Numbered from the stretch's first letter, positions 53,885-64,000 are shown. The stretch is 64,000 nucleotides of DNA from Opitutaceae bacterium (GCA_051252375.1 JBPOFY010000002.1:384001-448000); one strand, 5' to 3'. Made by a program: numbers and translations. Notes: generated by a model from the letters alone, not told the origin.

Positions 53885-54937
53885 ATGAAACACAAACTCA
53901 TCACAATCGTAGCTCTGATCGCTAGTCTCGGCGCACCAGCCATGGCAGACACTGTCATCACCAATGACGGCGCACGCCTCACCGGATCCATCACCTTGAT
54001 CGATGCAGGTATCATCCATTTGGATACAGTCTACGCCGGAACACTTGAGATCAAACAAGAGCTCGTCAGCTCCTTCAGCACCGACGAGCCGGTCTTCGTG
54101 CGTCTCGCCAGTGGTAGCACCATGGCTGGCCCAGTGATCTCTTCAGGCAATGGTAAACTCAAAATTCAATCTGAAGACGGCACCCTCGAAACTGAGATGA
54201 CCCGTATCACCGCCTCTTGGACGCCCACCAGCGAAGACCCCGCCATCGTGGCCCTTCGCAAAAAAGAAGAAGCCATGCGTCGCCAATGGAAATTCCGCGG
54301 CGGTGTAAACCTCCTCGGCAAAAGCGGCAACACCGACCAGTTTGACCTCGGCATCACCTTCGACGCTGTGCTCAAAAGCCCAAACGATGCACTCGCTTTC
54401 TTTGGAGAGTATGAGCAACGCGAAAAGAACGGTAGCACCACCGAAGACCGTATCGCAGGCGGCACTTCCTACGAATCCTTTTTCAGCGAGCACTACGGTT
54501 GGTATGTCCGCACCGAACTCGAAAGTGATAAAGTCGACCAGATCGACCTCCGCTCCACTTCCGGTGCTGGTATGTCTTTCCGCATCATCAATAAAGACAC
54601 CCAGACACTCGTCGCTCGTTCTGGTCTAGGCTATCGCTACACCGCCTTCGGAAATGGCACCACCAACGAATCGTCTGCCACACTCGATTTCGGCCTCGCT
54701 CACACTTATAAATACAAAACGTTCTTCTCCATGGAGAATGATCTCAGCTACGTGCCCAGCATCGACGACTTTGGCGTTTACCGTGTCGTCCACGACAGCG
54801 GCATCGAGATCCCACTCGGCAACGGCGAAAATTGGAAGATTCGCGTAGGTCTCAAACACGAGTATGACAGCCAACCAGCCGTCAACGAGAAGTTAGACAC
54901 CACCTACTACTCCCGCATGATCTACTCTTGGGATTAA
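53885..54937 (+). CDS. DUF481-family outer-membrane beta-barrel protein
   Basis: Signal peptide; SGNT motif; alternating barrel strands; C-terminal aromatic (YSWD). Confidence 0.75.
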   Translation: MKHKLITIVALIASLGAPAMADTVITNDGARLTGSITLIDAGIIHLDTVYAGTLEIKQELVSSFSTDEPVFVRLASGSTMAGPVISSGNGKLKIQSEDGTLETEMTRITASWTPTSEDPAIVALRKKEEAMRRQWKFRGGVNLLGKSGNTDQFDLGITFDAVLKSPNDALAFFGEYEQREKNGSTTEDRIAGGTSYESFFSEHYGWYVRTELESDKVDQIDLRSTSGAGMSFRIINKDTQTLVARSGLGYRYTAFGNGTTNESSATLDFGLAHTYKYKTFFSMENDLSYVPSIDDFGVYRVVHDSGIEIPLGNGENWKIRVGLKHEYDSQPAVNEKLDTTYYSRMIYSWD

Positions 54938-55025
54938 AGGCAAAATTATTTTCAATATTGTTTGATCCGGCAACGCGCATGCGTCTCGAATAACACTACC
55001 TAAATAGTGCATTCTGTATAAAATC

Positions 55026-55107
55026 TGGAGGGTTGCGCTCCGTCGCAACCGCCGATGGTTCGATGCATTTAGCCGTTTCTGCGGCAATGACAGAGCATTG
55101 CCCTCCA
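55026..55107. repeat. Family A REPIN
   Basis: tggagggttgcgctccgtcgcaaccgccg ... cggcaatgacagagcattgccctcca. Confidence 0.85.
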
Positions 55108-55181
55108 AATGAAATTACGTTTCTCACGTCTGCAGATACGCTTAAAGTAGTGCATCACGCAGAGATTCAAATAGTCCCGCG

Positions 55182-56105
55182 CTAACTTTCCCGAAACTGT
55201 GTAGGCGACATGCCGGCCACACGTTTGAAGGAGCGGTTGAACTGAGAGATCGACTCGAAACCAGTCTCAAAAGCGATTTCGCTGACCCGCAGGTGCGGGT
55301 TCTGAAGCAAATGCTTCGCCTTCTCCACCCGCACGCGGGCGAGGTAGTCGGTAAAGGTGATGCCTGTAGCCTCTTTGAACACTTTGCAGAAATGACGCGT
55401 GCTGGAATTCACTGCATGCGCCGCCTCGTCGAGCGAAATACGCTCATTGAAACGCTCCGTGATATACTTTTTCGCCTTACTCACCAGCTTCGGCTCTGCC
55501 TCACTGACGGCGGGCTCGATGCTGTTACTGATCGTGGCAAGGTGCTCCGCAAAAGTGGAAAGTAGGCGCAACATCGCGTCATATTGCTCACGATCAAAGA
55601 CCTTAGTCTGAAAATACGCCTCTTCTAAGGCCTTCAGATTGACCTGACTCCCCCACGCCAGCAATTGCTTGGTCGTGCGGGTAAATTCTTCCTGATTCGG
55701 TTGATGGAGTAAAATCTGGCCGGTATGTAGAAAGGCAATCAACTCATCACCCACTCGTATCGGCACCGCACTATCACAGAGCCCGGCAAAACAATGGAGC
55801 GATTTCGGTTCCAGCCCCGCTTCTTGCTCCAACTGTTCCTGCACCTTCAAACAATTAGCGCAGCCCTCATTTGTTTGCGCCAAAATCGCACAAAACGGAT
55901 TCCCCCCTTTCGCCCCTTTGAGCGCGTTGTCGTAGGCCGCGACCGGGCGTATTGCGAGCGGCAAGCCCGTCGCTCGCTGAAAGGCCTGCTCATAATCCTT
56001 ATAGAGTTGCGAACTCGAAAGCCGATCCACCACAGCACGCGCATCGGCTGAACCCGATGAGGAGGATGTGCACTTCGAAGCGCAGGCTGGGGACTCTATA
56101 AGCAT
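55182..56105 (-). CDS. AraC-family regulator with PocR-type sensory domain
   Basis: NPFC...C...CFAGL.D.AVPI (PocR-like); C-terminal SEIAFETGF.S.SQFNRSFK...GMSP..FR; start taken at MLIESP. Confidence 0.85.
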   Translation of the reverse strand: MLIESPACASKCTSSSSGSADARAVVDRLSSSQLYKDYEQAFQRATGLPLAIRPVAAYDNALKGAKGGNPFCAILAQTNEGCANCLKVQEQLEQEAGLEPKSLHCFAGLCDSAVPIRVGDELIAFLHTGQILLHQPNQEEFTRTTKQLLAWGSQVNLKALEEAYFQTKVFDREQYDAMLRLLSTFAEHLATISNSIEPAVSEAEPKLVSKAKKYITERFNERISLDEAAHAVNSSTRHFCKVFKEATGITFTDYLARVRVEKAKHLLQNPHLRVSEIAFETGFESISQFNRSFKRVAGMSPTQFRES

Positions 56106-56201
56106 TTTTTGCAGAACTTTATACCAATATAAGAAAATATGCGCAGTGATGTGCGCAATATGCTGAGACAGGCTAAGGGCCTCTGTGCAATAATCAAGAC
56201 C

Positions 56202-56696
56202 ATGCATACACGTCTCGTCAGCTATCTCAGAGACAACCGGGATCAAGTAATTGAAAACTGGTTGACTGAGGCCGATGTGCCCGCACCGGAAGATTCCGAC
56301 ACGGGCGCTGGCGTGGTGCCCTATGCGTTCTATGCCGATGCCTTTGACCGCGTAGTGAAAACCATCGAAACAGGTGTCGCGCCCACCGATGACGAAGCAC
56401 TGATCTATATCAACGACTTCCTCGGCACCACTTGCGACTGCAAGCAACGCTGCTTCGGTGGCCGCGTCTGCATCGAACTACACGACTCAGGGCTCAAGGC
56501 CTTTATGAGCGTGTTCGACGAAGATTGGGACTGCGACCACGAGTTCAACCAACTGGACCGCAAATGCTGCGAAGACCGCATCAACCACGCCCTTTCTGGC
56601 TTCTTCGCACGCGAGATCGAACACTGTAAACGTAAAGACTTCCGCACTGACTGCCCATTTGTCGCACACCATCACGACCAACCGAACCAAGCATGA
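56202..56696 (+). CDS. Cys-rich hypothetical protein heading the cco operon
   Basis: 164 aa with 9 Cys; stop overlaps the next start (ATGA). Confidence 0.7.
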   Translation: MHTRLVSYLRDNRDQVIENWLTEADVPAPEDSDTGAGVVPYAFYADAFDRVVKTIETGVAPTDDEALIYINDFLGTTCDCKQRCFGGRVCIELHDSGLKAFMSVFDEDWDCDHEFNQLDRKCCEDRINHALSGFFAREIEHCKRKDFRTDCPFVAHHHDQPNQA

Positions 56697-56860
56697 ACGT
56701 TCTCTTACTCACCGTCTTTCTCAGCATGCTCCTCGCATCGCTGTTTTTGCTGTTCTTCCTTCGGGAACGCCGCAGCAAAAACACATTTTGCAACAGTCCC
56801 GAGCAAGACTCTCTCCGCCCTTTTGATATCGAAACGTCTCAACCCGCTTTACGCAGATGA
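56693..56860 (+). CDS. ccoS: CcoS-like cbb3 oxidase maturation protein
   Basis: Manual translation MNVLLLTVFLSMLLASLFLLFFLRERR...SPEQDSLRPFD (55 aa); ATGA overlaps on both sides. Confidence 0.6.
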   Translation: MNVLLLTVFLSMLLASLFLLFFLRERRSKNTFCNSPEQDSLRPFDIETSQPALRR

Positions 56861-59175
56861 ATACAAATAACAAGACAACCACCATCGTATACGATGACGA
56901 CGCCGTAAGGAAGTTTATGATCGCTTCCATCTTCTGGGCCCTGGTCGGGCTCGGAGCAGGTGTCCTCATCGCTTCACAGCTGAACTTTTGGCAAGCCAAT
57001 TTCAACATGGAGTGGCTGACTTTCGGTCGCCTACGTCCACTGCACACCAATGCGGCGATCTTCGCATTTGTGGGCAACATGATGTTCGCCGGAATTTACT
57101 ACTCCACTCAGCGACTCTGCCGTGTGCGCCTGGCATCGCCCCTGCTGACGAGTATTCACTTCTGGGGCTGGCAATTCATCATCGTGCTGGCTGCCATCAC
57201 ACTGCCACTCGGCTACAGCCGTGGTAAAGAATACGCAGAGCTCATCTGGCCCATCAACATTCTCGTCGCCGTCATCTGGCTCGTCTTCGCAGCCAACTTC
57301 TTTTGGACACTCGCCAAGCGTAACGAGAAATCACTCTACGTCGGCATTTGGTTCTACATCGCGACGATCGTCACGATCACCATGCTCTACGTCGTCAATC
57401 ACCTATCGATTCCGACCAGCTTCACCCACAGTTATCCGATCTTCGGCGGCGTGCAAGACGCGCTCGTGCAATGGTGGTATGGGCACAACGCCGTAGCGTT
57501 CTTCCTTACTACGCCGATGCTCGGCATCATGTATTACTTCGTGCCGAAGGCCGCGAATCGCCCAGTCTATTCCTACCGACTCTCGATCATTCACTTCTGG
57601 TCGCTCGTATTCATCTACATCTGGGCAGGACCACACCACCTACTCAACACCGCCCTTCCTGAGTGGTTACAATCACTCGGTATGATTTTCAGTTTGATGC
57701 TATGGGCGCCATCATGGGCCGGTATGCTCAACGGTTTGCTCACGCTGCGTGGCGCTTGGGACAAACTGCTCACAGATCCTGTCATCAAATTCTTCGCCGC
57801 CGCCGTCACGTTCTACGGCATGTGCACATTTGAAGGTCCGCTGCTCTCAATAAAAGCAGTCAACGCCCTCTCGCACTACACCGACTGGACAGTTGGCCAC
57901 GTGCATAGTGGCACCTTGGGCTGGAACGGCTTCTTGGCTGCAGGTATGTTCTACTGGCTCGCACCACGCCTCTGGAAAACAAAACTCTACTCCGTGCCGA
58001 TGGCCAATGCGCACTTCTGGCTCGGGATGGTCGGTATCCTTCTCTACGTCGCATCGATGTGGGTCGCCGGTATCACCCAAGGTCTCATGCTCAACGCCAC
58101 AACTGATGGCGGCACAGTCCTCCAGTATCCAAACTTCCTAGATACGCTACAAGCGATTCGCCCGGTCATGCTCTTCCGTGCAATCGGTGGTGGGCTCTAC
58201 CTAATCGGCTTCTTCATGATGGCATACAACATCTGGAAGACTGCTCGTAGCGGTTCACCAGTGAATGGCACCGTCGAAGTAGCCATCACCGAAGACGAAG
58301 CAGAAGAAAAGGGCTTCTCCTCATTCTTCTCCGCACCCGTGGTCTACGCCGTGCTCATCATCTTCGCCATGTGCCTGACGATTTTCAGCAATGGCGCACT
58401 CTTCATCTTTGGTTTGTTCCTCACCATCGTGTTTATCATCGTCGGCGTCGCTCACTTTGAAGTCGCGAAGGCAAGCTGGACCGAATGGTATGATAAACTA
58501 CTCAGCCACGGTTTTGGCTTTAGTGTGCTGACCATCATTGCCGCTGCTATCGGTGGCGCGATCCAGATCATCCCCACCGTCACCATGCAACGTGCGGACA
58601 ATGTTGAGGGTCGGCTCCAAGTGCCTTACACTCCTCTCGAACTAGCAGGTCGTGACATCTACGTGAGCGAAGGTTGCTACAACTGCCACTCGCAAATGAT
58701 CCGCACACTCGTGCCTGATGTTATGCGCTACGGCGATTACTCTCACCTCGGCGAGTCCATTTACGACTTCCCATACCAGTGGGGTTCCAAGCGCACAGGA
58801 CCGGATCTGGCTCGCGAAGGCGGCAAGCGTTCCGACGACTGGCACTACTTCCACATGCTCGATCCTCGCAGTGTCTCACCCGGCTCCAATATGCCGAACT
58901 ATCCGTGGCTCTTAAAGAAGCAAATCAAAGTCAAAGAACTGCCTAACAAGATCCACGCGATGCGCATGCTCGGCGTCCCTTATCCCATCGATCTATCGGA
59001 AGAAGACATCCAAGCACAGATCGACGATCAAGCCGCTGGCATCGTTGCCCGACTGGCCGAAAAGGGAGCTTACACAGATCCCGACAAGGAAATCGTAGCC
59101 ATCATCGCCTACCTGCAAAAGCTAGGCACCTACGAGCTCACCTCCGAAAAGGACGACTCAGTCGCCTCAGAATAA
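56857..59175 (+). CDS. ccoNO: cbb3-type cytochrome c oxidase fused subunits I and II
   Basis: GRLRPLHT, WWYGHNAV, WAGPHH, GHVH (CcoN); EGCYNCHSQM and WGSKRTGPDL (CcoO). Confidence 0.95.
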   Translation: MNTNNKTTTIVYDDDAVRKFMIASIFWALVGLGAGVLIASQLNFWQANFNMEWLTFGRLRPLHTNAAIFAFVGNMMFAGIYYSTQRLCRVRLASPLLTSIHFWGWQFIIVLAAITLPLGYSRGKEYAELIWPINILVAVIWLVFAANFFWTLAKRNEKSLYVGIWFYIATIVTITMLYVVNHLSIPTSFTHSYPIFGGVQDALVQWWYGHNAVAFFLTTPMLGIMYYFVPKAANRPVYSYRLSIIHFWSLVFIYIWAGPHHLLNTALPEWLQSLGMIFSLMLWAPSWAGMLNGLLTLRGAWDKLLTDPVIKFFAAAVTFYGMCTFEGPLLSIKAVNALSHYTDWTVGHVHSGTLGWNGFLAAGMFYWLAPRLWKTKLYSVPMANAHFWLGMVGILLYVASMWVAGITQGLMLNATTDGGTVLQYPNFLDTLQAIRPVMLFRAIGGGLYLIGFFMMAYNIWKTARSGSPVNGTVEVAITEDEAEEKGFSSFFSAPVVYAVLIIFAMCLTIFSNGALFIFGLFLTIVFIIVGVAHFEVAKASWTEWYDKLLSHGFGFSVLTIIAAAIGGAIQIIPTVTMQRADNVEGRLQVPYTPLELAGRDIYVSEGCYNCHSQMIRTLVPDVMRYGDYSHLGESIYDFPYQWGSKRTGPDLAREGGKRSDDWHYFHMLDPRSVSPGSNMPNYPWLLKKQIKVKELPNKIHAMRMLGVPYPIDLSEEDIQAQIDDQAAGIVARLAEKGAYTDPDKEIVAIIAYLQKLGTYELTSEKDDSVASE

Positions 59176-59199
59176 ATTAATCATTAGCCATTAAATCTC

Positions 59200-59388
59200 A
59201 TGTTTAAACGTATCATCTACGACGACTGGACGAGCATCGTTCCTCACATCTCCTTCTGGCTCACCTTTGGCGTCTTCCTCGTCATCGTCGTGCGCGCCAT
59301 GTTTCTCAAGAAAACGACGGTTCACCACATGGAAAATCTCCCATTGGACGAAGACGACAACGTGAACACCAACGCAGCAAGCAAATGA
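59200..59388 (+). CDS. ccoQ: CcoQ-like small subunit
   Basis: Single TM helix followed by LPLDED; located between ccoO and ccoP. Confidence 0.7.
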   Translation: MFKRIIYDDWTSIVPHISFWLTFGVFLVIVVRAMFLKKTTVHHMENLPLDEDDNVNTNAASK

Positions 59389-59963
59389 ACACAGGCGAAG
59401 ATAATAACGAACTCCCCGTCAAACAAGAAGACCTCCCCGAGGGCGTCATCCTTCGTGATCACGTCGTCGACGGCATTCAAGAATATGACCAGCGCCTCCC
59501 ATTCTGGTGGCTCTGCATTCTATTCGGAATGTTCACCTTCTCCGTCATTTACTGGCTCGTGGTCGACGACCGCAGCTTTGTTGGCACCGCGGACCATCAA
59601 CTCGACAGCAAACTGGCCGAAGTGGATGCGGTGCGCCTAGCCAACTCCATTGACGTCACCAACGACGACCTCTTCTGGGAGATGAGCAGCAATCCGACAT
59701 TCGTCAGTGCTGGTAAAGAAATCTTCGAAGGAAACTGCGTGGCCTGTCACGGCAAGGAACTTCAAGGTGGTATCGGCTTTAATCTAGTCGACGCGGAATG
59801 GATCCACGGCTCCAAGCCGTCGGAGATCTATATTACTGTCAGCAAAGGCGCACCAGATCCAAGCAAAGGGATGCAATCATGGGAACCGATACTCGGTCAA
59901 AAGCGTATCGCACAAGTCGTCGCCTACGTCCTCAGCAAAAATCCAAATCTGAAAGCTAAATAA
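59385..59963 (+). CDS. ccoP: cbb3 oxidase subunit III (monoheme)
   Basis: H..DGIQEYD..LP.WW motif; single CVACH. Confidence 0.88.
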   Translation: MNTGEDNNELPVKQEDLPEGVILRDHVVDGIQEYDQRLPFWWLCILFGMFTFSVIYWLVVDDRSFVGTADHQLDSKLAEVDAVRLANSIDVTNDDLFWEMSSNPTFVSAGKEIFEGNCVACHGKELQGGIGFNLVDAEWIHGSKPSEIYITVSKGAPDPSKGMQSWEPILGQKRIAQVVAYVLSKNPNLKAK

Positions 59964-60013
59964 ACGCCTCCATTCTAATCACTTCACTTATGAAGTCTGA
60001 TTAAGAAACAACT

Positions 60014-61420
60014 ATGAAACCTAACAGTCCATCGCGTGAAACACCCACCACAATCAATCAGGATGGGTCGCGGCTCTTTCTGCACCCAGCAGATGTATCC
60101 GGGATTTTCACGCATGCGCGGCGGATTTTTGCGCTACTGTTAATTGGTATCTATGTATCACTTCCATGGATACCAATTAACGGGCACCCCGCGGTCTTCT
60201 TGGACGTCCTCAACCGTCGATTCCATCTATTCGGGCTGACATTCGCAGCACAAGATATGTGGATGGCCTTTTTCTTCATCACAGGCTTGGGCTTCTCTCT
60301 GTTCTTTGTCACCGCACTCTTCGGGCGCATCTGGTGCGGTTGGGCCTGTCCGCAAACGGTCTTCCTCGAGCACGTCTACCGTAGAATCGAGCGCTGGATC
60401 GAGGGCGACGCCACCAAACGTCGAAAACTAGACAAACAAGCATGGGACAACGAGAAGATCGCTAAACGTGTGATCAAACACGGCATTTTTGTATTCTTCT
60501 CCGCGCTCATCGCGCACCTCTTCCTCGCCTATTTTATTTCGATCCCCGAGCTCTATCAATGGATGACGAAAAATCCCACCGAACACTGGGGTGCCTTCGT
60601 GTTCATGTTCGTCGCCACTGCGATCATCTACTTCAATTTCTCTTGGTTTCGTGAGCAGCTCTGCCTCGTCATCTGTCCTTATGGTCGTTTGCAATCCGCA
60701 CTGATCGACGAAGACTCCGTCATCATCGGTTACGATGAGGAACGCGGCGAACCACGCGGTCCCGCAAAGAAGGAAGGCATTGGCGACTGCGTCAACTGCA
60801 CCCGTTGTGTCCAAGTATGCCCCACGGGGATCGACATCCGCCAAGGTCTGCAAATCGAATGTATCGGCTGCGCCAACTGTATCGATGCCTGCGATACAAT
60901 CATGGCGAAGCTGAATCGCCCGAAGGGGCTCATTCGCTATGATTCGCAAAACGGACTCGCTGGCAAAAAGCGCCGCATCGTCCGTCCACGTATTTTCATC
61001 TACGCCGCACTCATGCTCATTGGCGCGGCCGCCTTCACGCTTTCTGCAATGCAGCTACGTAGTGCAAATATGAACGTCGTGCGCATGTCAGGCGCGCCCT
61101 ACTTCCTGACCGATACAGGGGTGCGTAATCAATACATGGTGCGCGTGATCAATAAGACCAACGAAACCAAAATTTATCGACTCACTGCCAATGCTGAAGG
61201 CCAAACTTATACCATGGAAGGCAACGAAGACGGCATCACCGTGCCACCGATGGGTGAAGAAGTCAGACCTGTCATCATTTCGATCACACGTGACGATTAC
61301 ACCGGCTCGTTTCCTCTCACACTCTCGCTAATCACACCTGACGGAGAGAAGGAGATCGTGTCGCGCGAAGCCGAGTTCCTCGGCCCCAACGCTCGCCTCT
61401 GGAAGGAACAAACGAAATGA
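60014..61420 (+). CDS. ccoG: Cytochrome c oxidase accessory protein CcoG/FixG
   Basis: GRIWCGWACPQT, CPYGRLQ, CVNC..C..VCPTGIDIR motifs. Confidence 0.95.
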   Translation: MKPNSPSRETPTTINQDGSRLFLHPADVSGIFTHARRIFALLLIGIYVSLPWIPINGHPAVFLDVLNRRFHLFGLTFAAQDMWMAFFFITGLGFSLFFVTALFGRIWCGWACPQTVFLEHVYRRIERWIEGDATKRRKLDKQAWDNEKIAKRVIKHGIFVFFSALIAHLFLAYFISIPELYQWMTKNPTEHWGAFVFMFVATAIIYFNFSWFREQLCLVICPYGRLQSALIDEDSVIIGYDEERGEPRGPAKKEGIGDCVNCTRCVQVCPTGIDIRQGLQIECIGCANCIDACDTIMAKLNRPKGLIRYDSQNGLAGKKRRIVRPRIFIYAALMLIGAAAFTLSAMQLRSANMNVVRMSGAPYFLTDTGVRNQYMVRVINKTNETKIYRLTANAEGQTYTMEGNEDGITVPPMGEEVRPVIISITRDDYTGSFPLTLSLITPDGEKEIVSREAEFLGPNARLWKEQTK

Positions 61421-61575
61421 CAGACTCTAAAAATAAAAAGATCGCATGGTCACTTTGGATACCTGTCATCCTAGCCTTCGTTTTGGTCAGCGTGGCGTGG
61501 TTCACCTTGATTAAAATCGCCAGAGAAAATCCAACCGAAACAATCGAGATCCCACCTGCCGGCGCATCCAAGTGA
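61417..61575 (+). CDS. Small single-TM protein (minimal CcoH/FixH-like)
   Basis: Manual translation MTDSKNKKIAWSLWIPVILAFVLVSVAWFTLIKIARENP... (52 aa), coupled between ccoG and ccoI. Confidence 0.6.
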   Translation: MTDSKNKKIAWSLWIPVILAFVLVSVAWFTLIKIARENPTETIEIPPAGASK

Positions 61576-63941
61576 GCTCACCGACACAGTCAGCGACCAC
61601 GTGTTTACATTGCGGCACGCCGTTCATCCCCAAGTCTGACGAGACGTATTGCTGTCATGGTTGCTACTATGTCGCGCAACTACTTGAGGACAACGATCTG
61701 ACGCGCTTCTATGAACTCAAAGGCAAGCAAGTGGTCCCGCCGATTGGCTCGAAAGTCTTTCAAGAAAGCGATACCGCACCACTACTGACAGAAATTCAAC
61801 GCAGCGAAGCGAACACCGATAAGCCGGTCGCCTCGGCACGCTTCAGTATCGAAGGCATTAGCTGCGTGGGCTGTGTTTGGTTAATCGAAGCCATCTTCAA
61901 TCGTCAGACAGGCGCTGCCCGCGCCCAGATCGATCCACGTTCAAGCGCGGTCGAACTCAACTGGCAACGCGGTCATTTCGATATCACAAGCTTTGCTCAG
62001 GAATTACAAAAGATCGGCTACCGCCTCAGCCTATACACGGAAGATCCATCCGCCAACAATAGCACCAAGCCAATCACCTACCGACTCGGTCTGTGTGGCT
62101 TCTTCCTGCTCAACACCATGCTTTTCACTTTGCCGGGCTACCTCGGCATGGGTGGCGAGTTCTTCCTCGCCCCACTCTTTCAGTTACTAGGAGCACTCTT
62201 TGCCACACTCAGCCTCTTTGTCGGCGGCGGCTATTTCATTCATCGCGCATGGCAGGCGGCTCAAAACAAAGTCCTGCACATCGATCTACCCATCGCGACT
62301 GGACTGCTGACCGCCTACGTCGGCTCACTCGTCGGCTGGTATTCTGGCTACATCGATCTGATCTATTTCGATTTCGTCGCCACCTTCGTGTTCCTCATGC
62401 TCGCGGGACGCTGGCTTCAGGAGTTTGCATTGGAAAAGAATCGAAGCCATCTGCAACGCCAACAAGTCGGTCCACGCAACGTCACCCAAATCGGCGGTGC
62501 CAACGATGGACAAAAAGTATCGGTGCAATCCGTCGAATCCGAGATGGAATACAGCATCGCTCCCGGCGAAATCAATCCAGTTGCCGCAGACCTGCTCGAT
62601 CCCGAAGGCATGCTCAGCCTTGAGTGGATCAATGGCGAAGCCGAGCCCGTCGTCTGGCGTCCCGAACGCACAGCACCAGCTGGCGCCATCAATGTCGGTC
62701 TTCACAGCCTGCGCTTTCGCTCCCGTGAAAACTGGGCAGATAGCCTGCTCGCAAAACTGCTCGAACGCCCGAACGACTCCTTTCAAGATCAACGACTTCA
62801 AACGATTCTCAAATGGTATATTGCCACGATCTTAGTCATTGCCGCATTTGGTAGTATGACCTGGCTGATGACCACAGGCGACATCCTGCAATCCACACAG
62901 GTATTGATCTCGATTCTGATCGTATCCTGTCCCTGTGCACTCGGTGTTGCACTGCCGATGTGTGACGAGTTCGCCACCGCACGACTTCGCCGCGCCGGGC
63001 TATTCATCAAGTCCGCTCAAATTTGGGAACGAATCCGCCGCGTGAAAACCGTCGTCTTCGATAAGACCGGCACCCTCACCATGGATGTCCCGCGCCTAGA
63101 GAACCTTGAAAGTATCAAAGAGCTCGACCCACTCGCCACACAAGCGCTCGCCCACTTAGTCGAAAACAACCTACACCCGATTGCCCGCTCACTTCGCGAA
63201 GCGCTACTTGCCTACCATTCCAATGTGAAACAAGCATCCCAGTCAATCCCGACCCATGCGATTACAGAAACCATCGGACAGGGCGTCTCATGGATCGACA
63301 ACGGCGGCAATGAATGGACCCTCGGCAAACCAGCTTGGAAAGCAAACATCCCCGCTCAACACCATAGCGTTCTACGGCAGAACGGACTACTCGTCGCCGG
63401 CTACAACTTCAGTGAAGATGTTCGCGATGATGCCAAAACGGTCATCGACCAGTTCCGCAGCGCAAAATTGAACACCGCCATTCTCAGCGGCGACGCACCA
63501 CAGCGCGTGGCGCAAATCGCAGACCAGCTCGGACTCTGCCAAGGCACCGCACAAGCCAGTTGTAGCCCAGAAGACAAAGCCGACTGGATCAAAACAAACG
63601 CGCAAAACACTGCGCTCATGATCGGTGACGGCGCCAACGACACGCTCGCCTTCGACCAAGCCATCTGCCGAGGCACACCCGTCGTGGACCGCAGTATCCT
63701 ACAAGCCTCTGCAGACTTCTTCTTTTTCGGTCGCAGCCTGCGTTGCTTGCCCGAGCTATTCCTGACCGCCCGCTTACGCCGACGCACCAGCGCGCTGATT
63801 TTTGCCGCCGCTGTCGGGTATAATATAACTGCCATCACGATCTGCTTGATGGGAAACATGCACCCATTGCTTGCAGCCATCCTGATGCCTTTGAGTTCCA
63901 TCGCCACACTGGCCATCGCCTGGATTGGTATGCGGCGCTAG
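61572..63941 (+). CDS. ccoI: CcoI/FixI heavy-metal P1B-type ATPase
   Basis: CxHC...CCxGC N-terminus, CVGC, SCPCAL, DKTGTLT, HP and GDGAND motifs. Confidence 0.9.
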   Translation: MSSPTQSATTCLHCGTPFIPKSDETYCCHGCYYVAQLLEDNDLTRFYELKGKQVVPPIGSKVFQESDTAPLLTEIQRSEANTDKPVASARFSIEGISCVGCVWLIEAIFNRQTGAARAQIDPRSSAVELNWQRGHFDITSFAQELQKIGYRLSLYTEDPSANNSTKPITYRLGLCGFFLLNTMLFTLPGYLGMGGEFFLAPLFQLLGALFATLSLFVGGGYFIHRAWQAAQNKVLHIDLPIATGLLTAYVGSLVGWYSGYIDLIYFDFVATFVFLMLAGRWLQEFALEKNRSHLQRQQVGPRNVTQIGGANDGQKVSVQSVESEMEYSIAPGEINPVAADLLDPEGMLSLEWINGEAEPVVWRPERTAPAGAINVGLHSLRFRSRENWADSLLAKLLERPNDSFQDQRLQTILKWYIATILVIAAFGSMTWLMTTGDILQSTQVLISILIVSCPCALGVALPMCDEFATARLRRAGLFIKSAQIWERIRRVKTVVFDKTGTLTMDVPRLENLESIKELDPLATQALAHLVENNLHPIARSLREALLAYHSNVKQASQSIPTHAITETIGQGVSWIDNGGNEWTLGKPAWKANIPAQHHSVLRQNGLLVAGYNFSEDVRDDAKTVIDQFRSAKLNTAILSGDAPQRVAQIADQLGLCQGTAQASCSPEDKADWIKTNAQNTALMIGDGANDTLAFDQAICRGTPVVDRSILQASADFFFFGRSLRCLPELFLTARLRRRTSALIFAAAVGYNITAITICLMGNMHPLLAAILMPLSSIATLAIAWIGMRR

Positions 63942-63953
63942 CACACACTTCCC

Positions 63954-64000
63954 ATGAACACCGCCGAGTCACACATTGAAATCCTAGCACCCGCAGGTTG
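63954..64000 (+). CDS. Start of a probable peptidase U32-family gene (partial)
   Basis: MNTAESHIEILAPAG resembles the U32 N-terminal E(L/I)LAPAG motif; only 15 codons are visible. Confidence 0.5.
   Translation, partial: MNTAESHIEILAPAG

Noticed and set aside
56106..56447. Long N-terminal extension of the AraC ORF
   Set aside because: It overlaps the opposite-strand Cys-rich gene; a start at 56105 leaves a plausible divergent promoter gap.
56857..59175. ccoN-ccoO fusion as a novelty
   Set aside because: Fused CcoNO is already known in several non-proteobacterial lineages; the lpxC-fabZ fusion is likewise known.

Overview
Bacterial chromosomal window of about 50-55% GC. Gene content (fused lpxC-fabZ, fused ccoNO, galK-glnS, REP-rich intergenic DNA) suggests Verrucomicrobiota/Opitutia; this is an inference. 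It carries: a periplasmic nitrate reductase cluster (napD-napA, tetraheme napB-like, napF-like) divergent from a tetraheme cytochrome/NrfC/NrfD-type module; leuCD, typA, tRNA-Leu(CAG), feoAB, PFOR with a DHODH-like partner, aroE, lpxA, lpxC-fabZ, pxpABC, rplU-rpmA, galK, glnS, thyA-folA, mutL, ilvB; and a cbb3 oxidase operon. The accessory layer has four main parts: (1) a GxxExxY (PD-(D/E)XK-fold) gene enclosed by near-perfect 34-38 bp terminal inverted repeats, plus gene-less AACC...GGTT elements of similar architecture; (2) a low-GC integron cassette array with attC sites, an attI-like site and a TA cassette but no adjacent integrase; (3) two REP-associated tyrosine transposases, each flanked by a different REP family dispersed through the window; (4) heptamer/hexamer intergenic repeats. 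An amidase-fold protein that has lost its catalytic triad and a Cys-rich protein heading the cco operon also merit attention.
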